NCBI RefSeq assembly: GCF_006345805.1
Contig: NC_042997.1
Coordinates: 82,770,001 to 82,834,000, forward strand
From: Octopus sinensis
Taxonomy: Eukaryota
DNA length: 64,000 nucleotides
Direction of reading: 5' to 3'
The position numbers and the translations under genes were made by a program. Within the stretch, counting starts at the first letter, position 1. Each line of letters starts with the position of its first letter. The notes beneath the pieces are model-generated. The model saw nothing but the letters and a program-made list of their open reading frames with translations, did not search any database and was not told the origin of the DNA. Of this stretch, positions 1-11,833 are shown piece after piece.

Positions 1-302
1 AACCGTCCAACCCGTGCTAGCGCGGAAAACGGACGTTAAACGATGATGATGATGATGATGATGATAGAACAAGAAATTTAAATAAAGTTAATAATTTCTT
101 ATACTCTATACTCAACTGATGCTTTTGTCTGAAGCATATGTATATTGAGTTTTAACGCCAGGTTATTAGTATCATTATGCCTAAGCAAAATGTTAAAATA
201 TATATATATATGTATACCTTTGACCATAAGTCTCCTTGATCAAAGCTGACTTTGGGTTAAGCAATAATAACACAATATGTGTATGTCTTATTTGCTTGAT
301 AG

Positions 303-488
303 GAGCTTGAAAAAGAGATGAGTGGTACACTGGACTATGGCCTTCTTAATCGTCAAATGAGCAAAACAAGTACTCAATTAGCGACTAGCTCAGTTGACTA
401 TAACACCAAGGACAGCATGAAGCCTCAAGCAACTGGAGGAATAATAAGGAAAAACACATCTGAGACTTCAGCTAAAGTTGAACTTTTG
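303..488 (+). CDS. CEP162: CEP162 exon (ELEKEMSGTLDYGLLNRQMS...KVELL), phase 0-0
   Basis: TAG acceptor 300-302, GTAATT donor at 489; resembles recalled N-terminal CEP162 motif RLEKGLTSSIDYSRLNKELD. Confidence 0.8.
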
Positions 489-1885
489 GTAATTTTCTTT
501 GTATTAAAAGAAAAATTAAATCAACAATATTTGTTTGCTGGTTTAAGCTTCTTTGGTCATATGAATTTTGTGATCTTAAGGACAAATCTGTTATTGCTGA
601 ATATGTTTCACAAATTAGATTATAAATGTCATGAAATGATGTTATGTTTTGAAAAAAGTACTGAAGCTAGTTTTTAACTAACTTTTAAATTTACAGGATG
701 TCCATAAATTATCTTTACAACTTCCACAATTCATTGGTCTATTAAAGTTGCCATCTATCAATCTTTGCCTGTTAAATAAATATCATTAATTATTAAAGTT
801 TTAATGTAACTTTGTTTTAATATTCAAATCACTTTCATTTATCTTTAAAGGTGTTTATTATTTCCTTATTTTTTAATTATTCTGAATTTTTTCAAATTGT
901 AAAGGTAATTTATAGTCATCCTGGATAATTAATTGATTGAATTGTAAAGTGTGTAGAAATATATTGATCTAACCTTGATTCTTTGGTTTCTATGTTTGAA
1001 CTGCATGTTAGCTTAGTGCAAAAACTATGGGCTCAAGCATAGCTGTGTGGTTAAGAAGTTTGATTCTCAACTACATCATTTTGGGTTCAGTACCACTACA
1101 TGACACCTTGGCCAAGTGCTCTTCTACTATAAACTTGAGCTTACTTAGGCCTTCTGAGTGAAATTTGCAAGATGGGAATTGTGCACAAGCATGTTGAAGT
1201 AAGCATTCCTGTTCTTGGCCAGTAGACTTTATCTGTCACCACATTTAGTGCCACTATCTGACTCTTGCATCACTTTAATGGAGTCTTTTGCAAGCATTCA
1301 GATAAGATCTCTGGTCTCTTCTTCCTTTCTTCATAGTCTTGGAACCCTTGAAGAAGGTCTTAGGTGCTTACTTAATTGACTAATGTATCAAGAAAAACAC
1401 AGAAAGAAAAAAAAAAACTTCCAGGCTTCATAGAAATGAGTGTTTATTGTTGGGGTTTGCAGTGCTAAGACAATGAAAAATAAGTTCAAAGATAAATGTT
1501 TCTGACAATAGAATGCTTACCATATTACAGATGACTTAGTCAGTTGTAAAATTATGTCCAATACTGCTAGCAAAGAAAACCATTCTACACTGTTTGCAAT
1601 ACTGATAGTATTGAATTGCATTTTCTCATGGTTTCTATTTACAACTAATTTGATTGAACCATTGAGTGTTTCTTTGCCAAGGGCTTAACATAGTATTAAG
1701 GATAAAACAAAGCCTGTCAATTCTTTGATTTGTAGCTTCATATCATATTACCATGGCTAATTGTGTAATTGTTTCTAATATATATTACTATTTTGGAGAA
1801 ATTAAGTTGTTGACTGTTAGTTTTGTATCATTTAATAGCTTGTTGATAAGTTGAGAAATATAATTTTTTTTTAATGTTTATTTAG

Positions 1886-1925
1886 AAACCCCTTCCACAG
1901 CAACAACCCAGTTTGTTATCAAAAG
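1886..1925 (+). CDS. CEP162: CEP162 small exon (KPLPQQQPSLLSK), phase 0-1
   Basis: T-rich tract plus TAG, GTAAGA donor at 1926; joins the next exon to give SLLSKVMLLDSM, like CEP162 MLANVVLLDSL. An in-frame alternative acceptor exists at 1901. Confidence 0.7.
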
Positions 1926-2584
1926 GTAAGAAATATTTTTCAAATTACAATTTAATGAACATTGACAAAACAATAATAATTACTCTTATAATAAGAACGA
2001 TGAAATTAAAAATCAAAATTTCCATGGTTGTTAGTTAAAACTTAATTAAACCTTAGTTCTTAATACCTAGTTCTTGGATGAATTTAGTAATTATCTTTGC
2101 TGGCATAAAGGTCAGATCTTTAATCTCAGGATAACTTCTTCCCTACTTTCCAGTCTTGGAATCCCTGAAGACAGTCTTGGGCCCTTTGTGCCGCTCTTAA
2201 AGTGTGCATCTCAAAGGGCATCCGAATATGATGCAGATTTTTAAAAGTATCGTTCAAGGTTTTAGAAAGTAATATCTTTTATCACTTTGAGTCATTAGCT
2301 GGAGCACCGCCTAATTTTTTTAGAGCCAGATACTTATTCTAGTATTCTATTGTTACTGAACCACTAAGTTGTGGGGATGTAAACAAACCAACACCAATTG
2401 TCAAGTGGAAGAGGGGGACAAACGCAGACACAAAAACACACACACATAGATATATACATACATCTATACATCTATACATATACTTTGATACTTTGATAGG
2501 TTTCGGCCATTATTGGCCCAGGCCATGTCTAACTTTAATAGCACCATGTCTAACTTTAATAGCACCATATATATATATATCATT

Positions 2585-3240
2585 GTCATCATCATCATCG
2601 TTTAACATCTGTTTTCCATGCTGGCATGGGTTGGACAGTTTGACTGAGGTCTGGAAAGCCAGCGGCTGCACCAGGCTCCAATCTGATCTGGCAATGTTTC
2701 TACACCTGGATGCCCTTCCTAACACCAACCACTCTGAGAGTGTAGTGGGTGCTTTTTATGTGCTACCAGTCTGGGAACCAGTCAGGCGGTCCTGGCATTG
2801 GTCGTGTTCAAATAGTGCTTTTTACATGCCACCAACATAGGAGCCAGTCAGGGGCCACTGGCATCAGTCACATTTGGATGGTGCTTTTTACATGCCACTG
2901 GTACGGGAGCCAGTCAGGTGGCACTGACATCGATCACGTTTGGATAGTACTTTTTAAGTGCCACTGGCACAGGAGCCAGTCAAGGGGCACTAGCGTTGGC
3001 CATGTTTGGATGGTGCTTTTTACATGCCTCCAGTACGGGAGCCAGTCAGGGATCACTGGCATTGACCACATTCGGATGATGCATTTTATGTGCCACCAGA
3101 ATGAGGACCAGTCAGGGGGCACTGGCCACAGCTACGATTTTGGTTTTACTTGACTCAACAGGTCTTCTCAAGCTTATTATATCACCCGATGCATCAAGGG
3201 TACTCTTAAATGGGCTGGACATACAACACTGGCATTGACC
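2585..3240 (-). mobile_element. RTE 3'UTR / RTE-tailed SINE copy with a 6 x 66-bp VNTR
   Basis: (ATC)n tail; units start at 2749, 2815, 2881, 2947, 3013 and 3079. Other copies lie at about 1-63, 5335-5584, 6212-6410, 22105-22365, 35750-36035, 37992-38172 and 56060-56220. Confidence 0.85.
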
Positions 3241-3263
3241 ATATATATATACATAGATATATG

Positions 3264-6200
3264 CAGAGGTGGACACCGTTAATTGAAAAGTTAAATCCGT
3301 TAACCAGAAAGTTAATTTCGTTAATCGTTAATCTGTTAATTCTTTGAAAAAGTAACGGAAGTTAAAGTTAATTCGCTAATGTTAACTTTTATTGAAGAAG
3401 GTATAACTACAGTTTAATACCCCACCGATTTGTTGCCTCATAAATTCCAGAGAAATGGATACTTTTTAACGAAACTTTCACCAAATAATCACTTATATCC
3501 TGTAGGTTGAGTGTATGTAAAGATTTGTTGGAAAAAATTTTCCAAGGGGTTGGGAAGAAGTGTTTTGGAAAATTCTCAGGTCCTGATATTTTCTCCCACA
3601 TAACTTTCTGGAAAATAGGTATTTTTTAATAAAATTTTATACAAATACCTTTGAAACAGTGTAGATTACTGTTACAAAGAAATTTGTAGGCAAGATTTTT
3701 GGAAAGGGTGGGGAGGAGTTTCTGGAAAATAGAGTTTTGGATTGATGGAGATTTTTTCCAATGTTTTTCACCAAAGTCTCCAGCATAATGGGAGGTATCT
3801 TTTCACAGAAAAAATAAAAAACTATTGAAAATTTCTTTTTTCACTCCTGCAGCTGCCTCACCACCTCATTTTTTTTCCACTATGCACTTAAAACCCATGA
3901 GAGAAACATTTTCAGTTAAAAAAAAAAAAATTAATAATTTCATAGGAAAATGTGTGATTAAAGAAGATCTGGCTGTTGTTTCTAGCATATCCCAAAACCT
4001 CCCTTGTTTCTTTCTCACTCACACATCTGTTGATATTTTTCAATATTCTTCTCCCCATAAACAAATTTTATGGAATGATGATATCAAAGCAACGTACATG
4101 AAGTCCTGACTGAGCAAGGCTGTGTTATGTATCATCATCATCATCATCGTCGTTTAACGTCCGTTCTCCATGCTAGCATGGGTTGGACGGTTCGACCGGG
4201 GTTCTGGGAAGCCAGAAGGCTGCACCAGGCTCCAGTCTAATTTGGCAATGTTTCTACAGCTGGATGCCCTTCCTAACGCCAACCACTCCGTGAGTGTAGT
4301 GGGTGCTTTTTACGTGCCACCTGCACAGGTGCCAGGCGGGGCTGGCAACGGCCACGGTCAGATTGGTGTATTTTATGTGCCACCGGCACGGAAGCCAGTC
4401 GAGGCGGTGCTGGCATCGGCCACGAGTCGGATAGTGCTTTTTACGTACCACCAGACCAGGGATCCTGGCTGGTTCAATTCGATTTCGATTTCGCTTGCCC
4501 CAACATGTCTCACAAGCAAAGGGGGTTGGCAAGGGTGCCTGTCGTACGGTCGCATTGGAGTATTTTACGTGCCACGGCCACGAGTCGGATAGTGCTTTTT
4601 ACGTACCACCAGACCAGGGATCCTGGCTGGTTCAATTCGATTTCGATTTCGCTTGCCCCAACATGTCTTCACAAGCAAAGGGGGTTGGCATGGGTGCCTG
4701 TCGTACGGTCGCATTGGAGTATTTTACGTGCCACGGCCCCGAGTCGGATAGTGCTTTTTACGTACCACCAGGCCAGGGATCCTGGCTGGTTCAATTCGGT
4801 TTCGATTTCGATTTCGCTTGCCCCAACATGTCTTCGCAAGCATGGGGGGTTGGGATGGGTGTCTGTCGTCGGATGAGGTTCTATATCGACTTCGCTTGCC
4901 TCAACCGTCTTGTGTCCAAGGGAGGAAAGGCATTCATAAGTGGGCTGGGCTCACTTGTCCTGCCTGGTCTTCTCACGTACAGAATATTTCCAAAGGTCTC
5001 GGTCTAAACACCTAAAAACACCTTTAGTGTTCATATTAATCTGTCAAATGTAATGCTTATTTGTTCACATTATTTTGAATTATTCAGGTTCAAGAAGGGT
5101 ATCCACAATATTTGTTTGTAAATTTCTTACATACAGATTTGAAATTTTGTCAGTGAGTGCTTTATATACCACTGGTTTATAGTTATGTAATTTTAGCTGA
5201 TCTTGCTGAGTAAATTTGACTTTTATCAGCAGGTAAATTTAATTAACAGGTGTAATAGCAATAACATTATGGATTAATGCTGACATTGAATTTTTGAATG
5301 CATTTTACCTGTTTGATTTGTTACTAAAATTATCCCACGGTGGCTCGTAAAAAGCACCATCCGATCGTGGCTGTTTGCCAGCCTCGTCTGGCACCTGTGC
5401 AGGTGGCACGTAAAAAGCACCCACTACACTCACGGAGTGGTTGGCATTAGGAAGGGCATCCAGCTGTAGAAACACTGTCAGATCAGACTGGGCCTGGCGC
5501 AGCCTTCTGGCTTCCCAGACCCCAGTTGAACCGTCCAACCCATGCTAGCATGGAAAACGGACGTTAAACGATGATGATGATGATGGCAACCGACAAAAAT
5601 TTTGCCACTTTTCAAGATGAAGGACATTAATTTGAATTAATTAAAATACAGGTATAATCAGTACAAGATTTTATTCTTTCAGTAGATATTTTGTACCTCG
5701 GTGTGGAATAATTTTTTTCCATAGTTTTACGGGTGCATTTAACATATCAGAACTTGAAACCCACCACAAACCACTTTTTTCCAGAAAGGAAAGTAGTGGT
5801 GGGGACCTTGAAGTTTCCCACCAAGGGACTTTTGTTTCGTGGGTCTTTTTTCTTTTCCAGGTTATTTTGCATGCTTTCAATGAATGTGACATCAAAATCA
5901 CGCATAAACGACTTGTTTTTCCAGAAAAGGAAGTATTTGGCTGCTTTTTCTAGCATGCCCTGCTACCACGTAACAGCTATTTGCTTTCACACCAAAATAT
6001 TTACCAACTTTTTCCTTCACTTATTTTTTCCATTTTATGGAAGTCAATATTTTCTCTGTTGACATCAACCTCAGTTAATTTTGCTTTTCCCCCTGTTGTG
6101 TGCTTTCTAGAAGAAAAGCCCTCACATTATCTCAAAGCTATGAGAATTCACTAATTTTTAAAAGATTTTGTAGAGGAATTAGAATTATGTCTGTGTACAT

Positions 6201-7231
6201 AATTTAGTTTTATGTGCCAGTGGCACATAAAAAGCACTATCCAAATGTGATTGATGCCAGTGCCACCTGACTAGCTCTCGTACCAGTGGCATGTAAAAAG
6301 CACCATCCGAATGTGACTGATGCCAGTGGCCCCTGACTGGCTACCATGTTGGTGGCACGTAAAAAGCACTAACTGAACATGATCAATGCCAGGACCACCT
6401 GACTGGTTCCCATAAAAATTCCACAAGAGACAATCGCAACACTCATCAATTCAATGCTAAAAAGAGTTTCTGAATTAAAAACTGCAATGGGAATGTCAAC
6501 TAAATACTAAAGTATGTAGTCCTACCTATCAATTACATTTCAATTGTTCACTTTGTGTATTAAATAAAAGATTTTGAAAATTAAAGGTGTCTATTTACTT
6601 CCTGCATGTCTGTGTACATAATTTAGTTTTTCCTCTTCTTCTCCTTCATTTTGTTGATAAGATTCCTGTTGCCCTTCATGAACAAGTCCACCAACATTTG
6701 CTCACTCAAGAAGGCAGCATCTGTAGTAGATCTTTGGAGTTGGTCTCCAACTAGATCTTTACTAAATTCTGGGCCTTGTCCTTCAGTAACCTGTGGCTTT
6801 GCTCTCTTTTTGTTAGGTGATGCCACTGAAGAAGTCATCCTCCGCTTTGTTGTTGCTGCCTCCACTGTTGCTCACTTCCTCAGACTGCTGCCTTATGTCC
6901 TCCTTGACCTTATCCTCCATGCTTCTCCTCACCTTGGTGAACTTGGTGCTATCATGCCTATCCAACCAGATGAATCAAAACCTGGGGTGGAAGGTAGCAG
7001 CCGGTTGGCATTCCTCATTGTCCAGGAGGGTTGCAAATCTTTTGTCGATGCTTGCCAAATCTGCATCAACCAAGGGGCTGCAGTAGATGAGTTTTGGGTT
7101 AACAGACTTGAGTTAATAGAAGTTAATTAGTCCAATAATGATTTTCAAAGTTAACTTAGAAGTTAAATTGTTAACGAAAATGTTAACTTTGTTAATTAAT
7201 GATTACTGGATTAACAGACTTATGCCCAGCT
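3264..7231 (-). mobile_element. Old hAT transposon with secondary insertions; transposase relic at about 6630-7095
   Basis: Ends cagaggtggaca / tgcccagct with gttaa-rich subterminal arrays at 3278-3400 and 7095-7215; minus frames CSPLVDADLASIDKRFATLLDNEECQPAATFHPRF*FIWL and LVDLFMKGN. The outer boundaries are inferred. Confidence 0.6.
4131..5003 (-). mobile_element. RTE 3'UTR / SINE copy with a 158-159 bp internal triplication
   Basis: Repeat units start at 4421, 4579 and 4738. Confidence 0.85.
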
Positions 7232-7819
7232 TAATGATGGGCTTCTTTCAGTTTCTGCCTACCAAATCCATTTGCAAGGCTTTGGTCAGCCTGAGGCTAT
7301 AGTAGAAGACACTTGCCCAAGGTGTCATGAAGTGGGACTGAACCCCATCAGAACCATGTAGTTAGGAAACTAACTTCTTACCACATAGCCATATCTGTGC
7401 TAATACTTGAACATCTTGAAAAATATGTTATTTATAATTTTGTTTCACACAAGTATTATTGATAAAAAGCAGTATGCTATAGTCTATTTTATACATTTCT
7501 TTATCTTTACTTTTTATCTTTATCAGGCAATACAATAAGTGACAGAATTATTCTAAGATCAGTTCAGTTAACTCTAGGTCTCCCCATCCCCATAGAAAAA
7601 AAAAATATTGTCTTGTGTCTGATTTAACAAAACCACGTGGCTGTATGGTAGGAAGCTTGCTTCCCAACTATTTGGTTCTGGGTTCAATCCCATTATGTGG
7701 CACCTTCAGCAAGTGTCTTCTACTTTAGCTTTGGGCTAACCAAAGCCTTGTGAATGGATTTGGAAGATGAAAACTGAAAGAAGCTCATTTTATATATATA
7801 TATATATGTGTGTGTGCAT

Positions 7820-7851
<32 letters not shown>

Positions 7852-8014
7852 ATAAAATATTAGGGAATAAATCCAAACTTACAGGGAAAAATTAATTAAT
7901 CTTATGTATTTAAATAATATAAATTAATTAATCTTATGTATTTGCTTAAGTTTTTCATTGTATGATTTGCCTAATAGTGGTTTTATCTCTAATTTAATAT
8001 AATATATATATATA

Positions 8015-8221
8015 TATTCTTTTACTTGTTTAAATCACTTGACTGTGGCCATGCTGGAGCACCACCTTTAGTCGAACAAATTGACCCCAGGACTTATTCT
8101 TTGCAAGCCTGGTACTTATTCTGTTGGTCTCTTCTGTCAAACTGCTAAGTTACGGGGACGTAAACACACCAACATCAGTTGACAAGCAATGGAGAGGGAC
8201 AAACATGCACACACACACATA

Positions 8222-8267
<46 letters not shown>

Positions 8268-8420
8268 ACAGGCTTCTTTCAGTTTTTGTCTACCAAATCA
8301 ACTCAAAAGGTTTTGGTTGGCCTGAGGCTATTGCAGAAGACACTTGCACAAAGTGCCACTCAGTGGAACTGAACCTGGAACCATGTGGTTGGGAAGCAAG
8401 CTTCTTACCACACAGCCACT
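8015..8420 (-). mobile_element. tRNA-headed SINE, full length
   Basis: Reverse complement of the 33-kb family. Confidence 0.85.
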
Positions 8421-8699
8421 CCTGCACCTATATATATGTGTGTATCTTTTGCATTTGTTGTCTTCTCACCACTTGACACCCAGTGTTGTTGTGTTTACAA
8501 CTCCATAACTTAGTGGTCTGGTAAAAAGAGACTGATAGAGGCTTAACAAAAAATAAGTACTGGGTTGATTCATTTGACTAAAAATCTTCCAAGATGGTTC
8601 CCCAGCATGGCCACAGTCTAATGACTGGAACAGGTAAAAGAAAAAAAAAAGAAGATATTGAATTCTTATAATTTCTTTTTTTCTTCTTATTTTTATTAG

Positions 8700-8834
8700 T
8701 TATGTTGCTTGACTCAATGGGATCTTCTTTAAATACAACGGGGACATCTGCTCCTGCTGAAGTTACTTCTCCAGCAGCAACCAAAGAAGGTTTTGCCAAA
8801 ACTGAAAACCAAGCTTCTCAGAAAGACAATCAAG
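8700..8834 (+). CDS. CEP162: CEP162 exon (VMLLDSMGSSLNTTG...KDNQ), phase 1-1
   Basis: Long polypyrimidine tract plus TAG; GTAGTT donor at 8835; 135 nt open. Confidence 0.75.
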
Positions 8835-8994
8835 GTAGTTTTAAATTTTCTTGAAATAATTGTTTTTTTAAATCATAATAGACTTTTTTACTCCTGTCAC
8901 CTCATGTTATCATTGACATGTGAAATTCCATAATCCACAAATCTTTAAAATGTTGCTGTGACTAGCTTTACTTGAAAAATCATTTTTAGAAAAA

Positions 8995-9480
8995 ATTGAT
9001 GTCTACTTATGGCGGGAGCATGTGGAAGGGGTAGCCCCAGGAAGACATAGAATGAAGTAGTGAGGAAGAATCTTCAGATGCTGGACTTCACAGAGGGGAT
9101 GGCAGAGGACTAAGACTCCTGGCAGATTGCTGTGCTTGAGAAGGCATATCAAACTAAGTAAAATCGTGATTGTCCTTGCATACAGGCATGTTGCCTACAT
9201 CCCTCTCCAGCTGAACATTCCTAATCTTGCAGACTTGTGGCTGCTGGTGCCATGTAAACACACCTGTATCAGTGCTGTGTAAAAGCACCCAGTACACTCT
9301 GTAGAATGGTTGGTGTTAGGAAGGGCATCCAGCCATAGAAACCATGCCAAAATAGGCATGGAGTCCAGGCAGCTCTTCAGCTAGTCAGCTCCTGTCAAAC
9401 CATCCAACCCATGCCAGCATGGAAAACATATAATAAGTAAAATATATTATATATCATCATGTTAAATGATGATGATGATG
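8995..9480 (+). mobile_element. RTE 3' end (end of ORF2 plus UTR)
   Basis: GxCGRGxPRKTW-like ORF2 end followed by the shared (GAT)n-tailed UTR. Confidence 0.7.
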
Positions 9481-10309
9481 TAAGGCATTAAGCCAGAAAG
9501 TTAATTTGTTTCAGTTATTGAATTACAGCTAGTTGACAGATAGGTTATTGAAATGCTACATATGATTATGCATTGGCGAAACCCAAAATGCTTAATAGTC
9601 AATAATCAATAGTCAAGTGAACTTTGCTGTCCACAAGTACCCAGGGTGGAGAAAATCAGTGTTGTAAATAGTAGAAACACTGTAAAATTGGTTAGTACTT
9701 CGTTGTCTTGCATTGCCAAGTTTAACTCTCATAGTGAATATAGTTTTGAGAATATCTCTGCAAGGCTGACTTGATCTAAATTCAACTGCATGTAATATGT
9801 CTCAGGACTGTTGACAAGGAACTGAGTACAAGTAATTCACATTTTGTTGTTTATTTTCAGGTTAGCTCTTATTGATCAGATTTACAATAAAAAATATTTC
9901 AGCTGTGACCATCTTGACAGTTTATATATTTAGAACCACAATGTTTAATGTATCTTCTGTTATTTTTTTGAATGGTGGTGTGTGATTTGAGGGAAATTTA
10001 GCTGGCATTCTGAAAATAGACACTCACTTATTAGTCCTTGCTAGGCCTTGTAATGAGTGAAAGAGAACAATGTTTATCTGGATTCTTTATTGTATCACAA
10101 ATACCTTGGCGTGCACTTCTATCAGTAATAGGTGCTGCTGTTATTGAAAACTAATCTAAGTTTCAACATTGCTCATCTCACACACACACACTGTCATCGT
10201 CATCATCATCATCATCGTCATTAATATATATATAATAATATTAGGGAGTATAACTCCAAACTTACAGGGAAAAATTCAATTTAGTATTAAATCAAATTTC
10301 ACAATATAA

Positions 10310-10697
10310 TCTCTCTCTATATAAACGGCAGTTTGTCTGTGCGTGTTTCTGTGTGTCTGTTTGCTTGTACCCTCACTCTGACCACGGCTTTCAACCGATT
10401 CTGATGAAACTTGACACACACATAGCCCAATGTCATAATTGAAAACTAACGCAGCGAAAATTTTGAAAAGTTCCCCCAGTTCAGAAAAAGATCGATAAAT
10501 TCGACATGGGGTCGACAATCAGAAACACAAACCGCAGATGGTGTAGGGGACGCAACTCGGCCTTTTTAACTATCAAAAAAAAAATTTACCATAATTTTTT
10601 TCCCATTTTTTTTTGCTATTTTTTGGCTATAACTCTCTAAAAGTGCTTTATAGTTATTTCCCTTACAAACCCGAGCAACGCCGGGCGATACTGCTAG
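10310..10697 (+). mobile_element. Non-autonomous Helitron (family H1)
   Basis: A|TC start, (TCTG)-like microsatellite, 3' hairpin cccgagc-aac-gccggg, CTAG|T end. Confidence 0.85.
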
Positions 10698-10836
10698 TAT
10701 ATAATATATATAAATTAGAGAAAAACCACTATTATGTAATTCAAACAATGATTGACATAAACCAAATAAATAAAAAAAAAAATATATTATAAAACATATA
10801 ACAGATCACAAAAAGTACAAACAAATGAATAAACAA

Positions 10837-11750
10837 TCTATATATATATAAAACTGAGAATGTGTGTCTGCCTGTCTTTCTGTCTGTGTGTTTCCCTAAA
10901 ACTTGAGAACTACACAACCAATTTCATTCAAATTTTACGCATGCCTTACTTAGGGTCCATGTAGTGTCATGGGCAAAAAAAAAATGTTTAACTTCTTGCC
11001 CACAGCAATATCATATCTTCTCCACTATTTCAGTATTACGTGTTAAAAGTGAAACAAAAACATCTCTCTATTGTATGTATATGGATGTATATATATATAT
11101 ATATATATACATGTATATATATGGATGTATATATATGTATATATATATATATATATACATGTATATATATATAGCTGTATATGTATACATGTATATGTAT
11201 AGATGTATTTCTATAGATATACATGTATGTGTATACATATATGTCTAGATGTATATATATAGATGCACATGTAATATGTACACATATATATACACATATT
11301 TACATGCATACATATATACACACATACACACACACATACATAGGTGCAGGTGTGGCTGTGTGGTACAAACTTGGTTCCAAAACACATGGTCCTCAGTTTA
11401 GTCCCATTGTTTGGTAACTTGGCATGTGTCTTCTGCTATAGCCTCAGACCAACCAAAGCCTTGTCAGTGGATTTTGTAGACAGAAACTGAAAGAAATCAA
11501 TTGTATGTATATGTATGTATATATGTAAGTCTATGTGTGTGTCTTTGTGTTTCTCCCTCATCACTGCTTCACAACTGGTGTTCGTTTATTTACATCCCCC
11601 TAACTTACTGGTTTCACAAGAAGAAACTGATAGAATAAGTACCAGGCTGATCAACATAAAAAAAGCACTAGGCCGTGTCTCATATCTTTGTTTGCCCACT
11701 CAGTTGTATCTATCAATTTATCTTTGTATTTGTGTGTGTGTATATATCTA

Positions 11751-11833
<83 letters not shown>

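Noticed and set aside
697-790. Good acceptor at 696 followed by an open frame
   Set aside because: There is no convincing donor in a phase compatible with exon 1886, and the frame ends in a stop with no recognisable similarity.
2749-3140. Repeat-spacer look of the 60-66 bp arrays (CRISPR-like)
   Set aside because: The apparent spacers are homologous to each other, the arrays are part of a retroelement tail, the DNA is eukaryotic and there are no cas genes.
6651-7130. 159-aa plus-strand ORF
   Set aside because: It is the antisense shadow of the decayed hAT transposase.
10401-10410. CTGATGAAAC in the Helitron
   Set aside because: There is no helix II between the two motifs.
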